This document shows, piece by piece, positions 12,001-21,000 of a stretch of 32,000 bases of DNA (its first letter is position 1; each line of letters begins with the position of its first letter). A program made the position numbers and the translations under genes. The DNA is from Candidatus Omnitrophota bacterium (GTDB lineage: Bacteria > Omnitrophota > Gorgyraeia > Zapsychrales > JANLHA01): the NCBI GenBank assembly GCA_963662715.1, contig OY759724.1, positions 1,200,001 through 1,232,000 of the forward strand, in the 5' to 3' direction. The notes below the pieces were generated by a model. That model saw only the letters and a program-made list of their open reading frames with translations. It had not been told where the DNA came from and did no database searches.

Positions 12001-15000
12001 TAGCGGCTAATGTGCCGTCGTAATCCGAGAGAATCATGCGCACCACCGGACGGGCCATGTGATACAGTTCAAAATATCTGCCGTTCAAAACATCGGCCAC
12101 GCGGTCCGGATTCGTATGCATGACATAAGGTCCGGCGACCGGCTTTTGGCCATTCTCGCGTAAATATCTCTCAATGCGTTGACTGAGCAGTATTCGAAGG
12201 ACATACTCCGTTCTTTCTTCAAGGATGTCTTCATTCATTAAATGCGCTGCGAGATCCGCCGCCCACTCATCAATGAGATTGTGTCTGAAAATACGGTCGG
12301 TGACATCGGCGATAATGGTATGTTCGGCTTTTCTGATAATATCCTGTTCACCGGATGAGCGCCGGTTCAGCGCCAATTCGAATAAGGTCCTGATGCGCGC
12401 AGGGTGAAGAGTTTTCTGAACCGTTTGAATACCCTGAGCAAAGTCCCCGAACACTCCGCCTACCTGCACTTCCCTGGTAACGCCGTCTTTCGCCGGTGAT
12501 TCACTCAAGGCGAGAATAATGACCCTCTTGGCTCCGGCATTGAGGAGCAGATACTGCAGTTCAAGTAATGTCAGACGGCTGCCGGCATGGTCATCGAGGA
12601 CCACGACGGTCTTGTCTTTGACATCTTCCGGCCGTTCCACGGCATAAGACTGAACAACATTAAGAGCCTTGCCCGGCAGACTCTTGACTTTCTTTTGCTT
12701 TTGAGCTGCTGTCAATTTCGTTGCGACATCGTTGCGGACAGGCGCCCCTAATGTCTCGGCTAGAGTTTCTGCCAGCGGAAGGAGCTGATTATACTGTCCT
12801 TTCATCTTCGGCACCGGAACGATATAATCCACCTGATCCGGCCGTACGCCGTGGGCAACGATCACCTCGGCCAGTTCTTCGGCATATTCCCGGCCTAACT
12901 GCGCCATGGCAGAATCATCTTTTTTCGCCTCAAAGTATCTGTTGGACACCTCATCAACAGGGTATAACGGATGGCTGCGGGGATACAGGCGCATAGGTGC
13001 GACGGAAGATCTTTCCGTTTCTTTTCCGCTCATTAATCCGGCAGAGCTGTCTAACAGGGCAATACCTTTTTCGATCAACTCGGTTGTCCAGTAGAACCAG
13101 GTGTCGGCCGTTAACTGATTCATATACGTCGAATCCGGGGTGTCCGCCCCGTTCTGCTGAACTGTTAAAGCATTAAAAACACCGGCTTTGACAAGGTCAT
13201 CGTTGGTCGCTATCGATATTCTCCGGATAAGCGTTATAAACGGCGCGAGTCTCCTGGCCTGAGCTGCAGATACACCGGCTTGCGTTTCATGCAGAATATT
13301 CTTGAGGATTCTTATCTGCTCTCTGAGAGGACGTCCGGGATATAATTCATCCAGGGTACGTCTATACAATGCGCCTAATTCCCCTTCCTGATAAACCCGT
13401 TGTTTGAAGACTTCAAAAGCCAAAGCTAGGCCGAGCCATGTGCCCGCAAATTCCCGCTGAGCTCTTTGTCCGGCGGTGCGATAAGCCGCTTCCGTGACCT
13501 GCTTGATGCGTCCTCTGGTCTCGCTCCAGCGGAAGAACGGCCCGTCTTCTTCCAACAATCTTCGATCCACCTGGGTTTCTCCCCGAAGGATATCGGCAGA
13601 GTTTCCTGTCGTTTCAAACGAAGCTATCAGCTCTTCTGTTGTGACCGGGCTGAATCTCGGGCCGGCCGGAGTCTGGATGACCCGGACCAATCCTTGCCGC
13701 CGCGACACAATCCATTCACCGTCCTGAATATCCGAAAGAAGGACTTCTCCCGACGAAGCGGACGGCTGTTCGGGGGCCAATGTCCGGTCACCGTTAAAAT
13801 TCTCCAGGAGATTTAATCTCTCATCGAGAAGGGTTCGCAGTTCTTCGCGGTCGCCCAATCCGAATTCATCTTCCACGGTGAGTTGCTGTCTGAAAGACAT
13901 ATTACGCCGGATAGCCGTCCAGCTTTCCAAGGCTCTCCACAAACTCCCGACCGTCTGCTCCCGGGACTCTTTCCGGGCGTTCAGGTCAGATAACATCTGA
14001 TACACTTTTGCCGCAACCAGGTATTCTTCATCCGTTGCTGTGCGCAGCTCCCCTTCCAGCGTCGCGGCATACGGGCCGGAAAGCCATTCAAGGAGGCGGG
14101 CGAGCTGTTCTTGCGATTCAAGAGACGGCATAAGGTTGAATTTCAGCATCTGTTCAACGACGCTCGGTAAGATAAAGTCTGCTTCACCGATAATATGCGC
14201 CCGATGCGCGAGCAAGTCCTGATAACCGTTAAATGGATCCTGCAGAATAGGATCATCGGATTTGTCGTCGAAAACAAGCATCATCCGGTTTATCGTCAAA
14301 TCAGAAGCCTCAAAATTGTAATCGCTGACCTTGCCGAAATTCCTTACCGGGATATCCAGCTTTGCCTGTAATGCCTGATGGAAACGGCTGAGTGTTTCCG
14401 GTTTCACGTCCTCAGACATGAGATAACCCAAATGCTCCGGTCTTTCGCCTCTTAAAAGATCCCTGACCATCCAGCCGTAGAGGAAGACGCTTCCTTTCAC
14501 GCCTTCTTCGGCCACGGTCTCAATAAATGTCCTGATCTCACGAATTTCGATGGTATCTGTATCAAGCCTTGTTAATCCATATTTATCCCGGTAAACTTCC
14601 ACCGGAGAACTGACCGGCGCCAACACATCTTTAATATTTATGGTCTGATAATGCTCATCCACATTGACCGGGACAGCCGACATGATGGAAACAGCGCCGC
14701 GCGTTGTGCTTTCAAATTTCCGGATTGAGCCGGCCGTGGACCGCGCCTGCTCCGCCAGATAAGCCCGGTATTCTTCCTCGCTTAACGGTGAGGAAGACAT
14801 ATACGTTAAAGCGCCGACCGGTGAAGAGGTTATCTTAACGGCAGATGTTTCCACGGACTGAGCCGCTTTCCAGGCTGCATATTCTTCAGCCGTGAGCGGT
14901 GAAGAACTCATGAGCGTCGAAGCGCCGACCGGAAAATCTTTTTCCGCGGTTCTTATCACCAAGTTTGGTTCAATCATCCTTAATGTTGACGGGGACTCAT

Positions 15001-18000
15001 TGACGCGAGATGCGTTCTGTTTCCATTGACCGGCTTTCCGGACGAAAGACTGCTCTAACTCGGTATATTCTCCGAAGAAGGCCTTAACCATCGCGACAAA
15101 TTGATTCCAAAGCCTTAACAAGGATTCGAGGAACGAGCCCTCCCGCATGATATCAGCGATAGAAATAACAACGGTTTCTTTTGTCTCCTCCTCATCTTCC
15201 ACCGGGACAAATCTCAAAGCCACTTCCGCTTTACCTGTTATGTAAGCTTTTGCCAACGGAACTTCTGTGATCGATGAAAGGGACAGTCCCCGTTCAGGGA
15301 CAGGCCTTGTTAATTCTGTTGTATTCTTTTCCAGCGGGCTGGAAGAATCGTTTCTTTGATTCCGCTCAATAGAGATAGGATCGTCAAGGCCAAATCTATT
15401 GAGCATTTGGGATGCCATACGATCACGATATATAGAATTCTTCTGGGCTCTTCGATGCAATTTAAATAACAGGATAAATGTACCCAATAATGCTAATATG
15501 CCTGGGATCTCAAACATCAACCTTGTATACTGTCCAGAAAAATCAATCTGCTTCAAATCTATATCGTATTCTCGAGCAACTTGCTGTGCTGATTCTTCAA
15601 CCGTCTTCCCTTCAAAGATATTTCTTATAAATTTCCACCCACTCCCTTCCTCCAACTGCTCAAACTGAATGGCAATCACGGCCCTTTGATAGCCAGTTTC
15701 TCTCGGGGTTCCTTGTAAATCTTCTGAAATAATTCGTAGTAATTGATTATAAATTGACTCGTCAATACCCAATTCAAAATGCCGCAAATAATCTATAGCA
15801 TAAACAATTTTGTGTTCCACAAATCCGAGACCTCTTGACAGAGGATACAGATTGTGTGCTGTCTCATGGGCAACCAAAGCCCTGAAAGCTTGCTCCGAAG
15901 GAAGATCTTTCTGTCTTAAGAAACCGATGTGATTGTCATTACCATGCCCGTGCGTCACAAAATTCTTTGCTATAGGAGATGTTATCTCATGAACCCTATC
16001 CCTTTGCTCTTCAGATAAGTATGGAGCGACCTTGGATATTAACGATCTCTGTTCTTCAACGACTATGGCAGCTTCCTCTCTATCAAAACCTCTGGACACG
16101 AGTCCTTCCACAGAAGATGATGTGTCATTGGCAAAGGTTCGGGAGAATCCGAACAACACCATGACAAACGTTGATATCATCAACAGCGTCTTCAAAACCT
16201 TCTTAATACCAGAAGAAGACAGTTCCCGTTCAGGGACAGGCCTTGTTAATTCCTTTAAGGAACTGCCGGTGGTAACCGCATCCCCTGTCTCACCCTTTAA
16301 CGCAGTTACCACCGCATATGTTCCTTGTCCCTTCACCCTTTCGTTGTTTGTTGATGAAAGGGACAGTCCCTGTTCGGGGACAGTCCCTGTTAATTCTGTT
16401 AATTCCTGATTCTCTATCGGACTGGAAGACGCGTCTCCAATGATTTTTCCGAGTAATTTTCTTGCATACGCAATTGCCTCGTCCTGGTCAATAAATTCAG
16501 GGCTGGTCGCAATCGTAATAATGGAAGCTCTTCTAGCGAGCTGAGCAAAATAATCCACCGCCACATCTTTTTTCTGAGCACTTAATCCTCTTAAGACATC
16601 AAGATCGACATCCAGCACGTTAAAGTCAAGTTCAGCCGCGTCAATATTTGCCCCTTCTTTGATCTTATATCTTAGTTCGTCACGGACCATCAAATGGGCT
16701 TTACGGTTTTCTGCGTTGTACATAAAATGCCATTCCGTGAAGAAGCCATTTTCCATAAGCGGAGCGATAAAGCCCTCGATTCCCATGACATCCTGTGAGT
16801 GTCGGTCAATTGTCGCTAAATCTAAATCGGTCTTATAGAACAAATCTTCCTGAGACTCGCGGTACCGCCGGGTCATCTCGGCATCGGCGTGAGCGTCGAT
16901 GTGCAGAATTTTGTTGGCCTTTGCCTTGATACGTCCTTCCTGAAGCATGAGCCACCAGAAGGAATAAGCATAATTATGATAATCCATCACCATCACAACA
17001 CGGTTATCCGGCAGGGTCATAACCACCTTATTTTTCATGCCAATCGTTTCGATGTGTTTGGCCGGCAAGTTCGGATCTTTCGGACTGCGGTAAATATCCG
17101 GCTGAACATCATCGAGGGTGCCGTTAAAGACCCATCCTTCCGCCTGCCATTTCTGGTCCACCGGGCTGGAAGATGCTTCCGGTGCTGCCGGCTTCAGGCT
17201 TCCTTCAGGTGTGAAGCTGAATTCTGCCGGAATGAAATCAATATCCTTACGGTTCAGATCGACCCGGGAAGCATACCGGGCAGCAAAAGACTCCTGCGTC
17301 AGGCTCCACAATTCAACCAGTTCCGGATTCGTCCGGAAGAACTCCGGACCGTTAAAGATCACTTCTCCCCGGTTGTTATAAAGAATGGCTTTTTCCAGCT
17401 TGGAGCGGGATATCGATATCTGTCCTTTGTACATCCTGACGATCTCCGGCTTATCAAAATACACATGGTAGAATTCTTTTCTGATATACTCTTCAATCGT
17501 GTTTCTGCCGCCCCGGATGACTTTGGCCGGGATCTTGTTATATTCATCCGTAAAGACAACATACTTGGTGTTTTCCTGGCCGTCGGCAAGGTTAATAATG
17601 ACGTCCTTGGCAAAGAGGAACCCGAATCTGTCCTGTGATGACAATTGTTTGAGCCCTCTCAGCGCAAGCCCTTCCGGCATGCCTTTCGTCTGCACCAGGA
17701 CTTTAAATCCGAGGTTCGTTGCAATATCATGCTCGGCCCAGTCGGAAAGATGGACCAGATCTTCATCGAGATTCCACAGCCAGTCTCGCTGATACGTGAA
17801 GCCTAAGGAATCCAGGCCATGCTGTTCTCCGTGCCGGGCCACATCATAGAAGTTCACCATGGCGGTTATATTAACCTGGCCTGCCTGCGCATAAATATCC
17901 TCTATCGGCAGATGCTCCTCTTTTCCGCTCCAAACTGAATATTCCCGGCCTTCGATATTTTCTTCAACTTTCCCGCCGTAATCGATAGTGACCACAAACC

Positions 18001-21000
18001 CTCTCTTCAATGACCTTGATATGATCTGCTGCCATGCCTCAATAGCCGGCTGGACAAAAACTTCGGTTCCTTCCGGCAGAGTAACGCCCAAACGGTCCAC
18101 GTAATCTTCGAGTTGTCTGCTGGACAGTTCGCCGATTTCATCCCGATAAGTGCCGTCCTGCTCAACCGTGTAGATTTCTTTAAATTCTCCCTCAACGGCT
18201 TTCAGCCGATGACCCGGCAGGTCATCGATCAACTCGTTGGACAGGAACACGCCTTCGATATCGTGAAGATCTTCTTCGGTGACATCAAGCACGGACTTCT
18301 CAATCCAGCGGACTTTACCGGCGAATTCGGCTAATTTTTCTCGCTGATTTGTCCTTAAGTTAGAACTGAATTCCACAATGACATATTCCAGAGCCTGGAA
18401 TAACTGCGGCTGATATTCCTTGAGATAGCTCATGATATTCAAGGCATATGTTCCGTTCCCGGCACCCATCTCCACAACGCTGAACTTGGCCGGCCGGCCC
18501 ATCTTGTTCCACATTTCGCTAAGCTGATACCCTGTAGAATATCCGAAATATTTCGCTGTTTTGCGGTCTTCAACATAGGTGTCAAAATCTTTTCCGCGTC
18601 CGATCTGCGCGATCCGGCCGTAATATTCTGTCTGGGCCTGCGACATAAACTCGGCAAATGTTTTTCTGTTCTCAATCGGTGAAGAAGATTTCTTGCCGGA
18701 ACCTCGATTGCCTTTTAATGTCTTGACCGCGACCATGGATCCGGGGATCCTTTTTTCCAGAGCGTCGACAATCGTCTGATTCTGGCCTACCGGGGTGAGC
18801 ACCTTAATCTTCCACTCCGTAAAGCCGTCTTCGATCTCCCGGCTCTCGATCTCTTTGATGGACATATTCATCTCGGCGATCCGCTCAGAAACGAGACTTT
18901 CCATGCCCGGCCACGGCTCGGTCACAATCGTAATCAGGCGCGGGATCGTCGGCATAGCCTTAGCGCCCTTAACCTTGAGGATGGCCTGCACATCGTCCTT
19001 CATTCCGTTAATCTCTTCAGCCGGGATATCCATATCGATCACCAGGTTATCCCCTTCCACTTTCTGTTCATGAACGTTGCCGAGATGCTGCGTGATGACC
19101 GCCACGATATCTTTAAGCAGACCGATACGGTCATACGGCAGATGCAGGGTCATCTTGCCATAGGTCTCTTTTGCCTTGCCTTTTTCGTAATACACGTCAA
19201 CGACATCAAATTTGACATGTCCTTCTTTAAAGTCCAATTTGGCCAATTTAACATTATCATTACCGACAAGCTGGAAGAACTCATCCTGTTCTTCCAGGAG
19301 GCCCCAGCGGAGGTACAGGCTGCGCACAAGACCAGCGTTCTGCAAACCTAAGCCTAAGGCCGACAGGGAATCCCGTCCTTTTTGCGCGGCATTGAAATCA
19401 AATTTCTCCAGCAGAAGCACTGTTCTTAGATTCATAGCGTTACGCAGGATAAAGCGGCGGTTTCTCTCCAGATAACTTCTGCTGTCTCCCGGTTTACCCG
19501 GACGGACCGGAGTCAGCGGATTAATGCCAACAATATCCCCGTTCTGCAGCTCATACTTCTCGCTTCTTATTTGACGGCCCCTGATTTCATAGGCGTCAAA
19601 ATCATTGCGGATTCTTAAAGTTTCAACCCCTAAATATTCGTCATCCAGTTTATGAATATCTTTTCTGGCAGCGATGTCCGCCGGGATACTGCCTTTCTTG
19701 AGTCTCAAAGTCTTGAAAGAATATTCGTGTCTGCCTTTACGGGTCGGCGGTTCATGGACCTGGACATAAACCCAGTCGCGAATGGATTCCAGCAAGCGTT
19801 CAAAATCAGCATCAAAGTCACCGGCGATATCAACCTGGCGGAAATTAAATTCCTGGTTAGGATACATTTCAACCATCTTGTAGAACCAGTGGGCCGCTTT
19901 GTTCCCGAAGCGCATAAGATTCAGGTTCGTCTCGTTCATAATCTTAATCTCAAGCGGCACGCCCTTGACCTTTGTCCATGATTTTGCCGGCAGCATAAGG
20001 CCCATATGCAGACTGTCATAACGGTCGAATTTCGCAATCATGCGGTGCTTGGTCCGTTTAGGAATGATGCTTCCGATGTCGACAAAAATTTCATCGCTAT
20101 ATTCATCAATAAGCGTCAAGGCCTCCCAATAATCCTGGATCTCCCCTTTCACGACCACATGCAAACCTAACAGGTCATAGAGAGGATCATCCTTGGCCTT
20201 CCTCTCCTGCCGTTCGAATTTCTCCGCGATAGAGTAAACGCTCTTGACGCGGGAGCTCATCGAGAACTTCACTCCGCTTTCTCCAAAAATCTCTTTCAGC
20301 CGTTGCTGGAGCTTTCTCTTAACCTCCAGCAACGTCCCCCTGGCTTCTTCATACGTCATGCCGAGCAGTTCCTCTTCGATCTTCCGCTTCATCTGAACAT
20401 ATTCCTGAGGATGGGCGACCATATAAATTTCATTACGCAGCATGGAGGAGAGATCATCCCGGCCGAGACGTTCGGCTAACGGTGCGAAAACGTCTTCAAC
20501 GACCTCTTCAAAATATTTCAATTGTTCCTGCGCCGCCTTATCAATTTTCCTGCCCCGGAACTTCTGAATGGTGCTGTAAACTTCCTTGAAGATCTGCGAC
20601 ATGCCCTTAGCGGAACCGGCCAACTGGACGATCATCTCCATATAATTCTGAATGGAGTCGCCGCGCTGATACACAGGGATGTCGGTAATGCTCGGGACCC
20701 GCGCTAAGCCCTTCTTCACCGCCTTCTTCTTGATCGGCGAAGAGGAATGTTGCTCTCCATAGAATTCATCCAAAGTTATCATCCTGTCTGTCGGAACCTG
20801 TGCCGGCCGCCAGGCCACAATGACAGGAGTCATGATCCCCGGAGTCGTCGGCAGGTAGCCCCGCAATTCTTCAAAGACGCGTATTTCGGTCAAGCCTATA
20901 CTGCGCAGATAATCTTTGTAGCGCTGATAACTGGAGACCGCCATGTCATCGTGTTGGATGCGGACAAAAACCATGGCCGGGCCTTTGACCGGAAGCAGTT

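Larger units (their letters stand above)
14612..15331 (-). other. Module B: paralogue of module A (hydrophobic/amphipathic segment plus 40-aa VGASTLMSSSPL repeats)
   Basis: AKAYITGKAEVALRFVPVEDEEETKETVVISIADIMREGSFLESLLRLWNQFVAMVKAFFGEY aligns with ALIIVPGRKDAVRDNAEISLVFPAVDETVEQKEVIYITMASLMKRMAMLLRFLLDFLVRFLMRAFGAL of module A. It is followed by PVGASTLMSSSPLTAEEYAAW and PVGALTYMSSSPLSEEEYRAYL. Confidence 0.5.
15347..16414 (-). other. Module: HExxH zinc-metallopeptidase-like domain flanked by two TM helices
   Basis: FRALVAHETAHNLYP has H-E-T-A-H at 15854-15868. Predicted TM helices are KVLKTLLMISTFVMVLFGFS (16143-16200) and MFEIPGILALLGTFILLFKL (about 15464-15517). No third zinc ligand was assigned. 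Confidence 0.5.

Noticed and set aside
15272-16396. Insertion sequence or transposon bounded by terminal repeats
   Set aside because: The repeats are direct rather than inverted, are in frame and are translated as part of the protein. No transposase-like sequence lies between them. A domain-cassette duplication or insertion within the ORF fits better.
16889-17638. 249-aa plus-strand ORF, and similar plus-strand ORFs at 10948-11598, 28871-29440, 25802-26356, 30488-31027 and 2942-3436
   Set aside because: They lie antisense to recognisable minus-strand domains and have odd composition (R/L/F/H/I/P-rich). They contain no motifs, and none exceeds 249 aa. They are typical shadow ORFs opposite a long gene.
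20500-20731. HD (ppGpp hydrolase) domain upstream of the RelA/SpoT synthetase
   Set aside because: Only ~75 residues lie between the SSSPI junction and FAPLAERLG, and they contain no H-D pair or the usual HD-domain helices.
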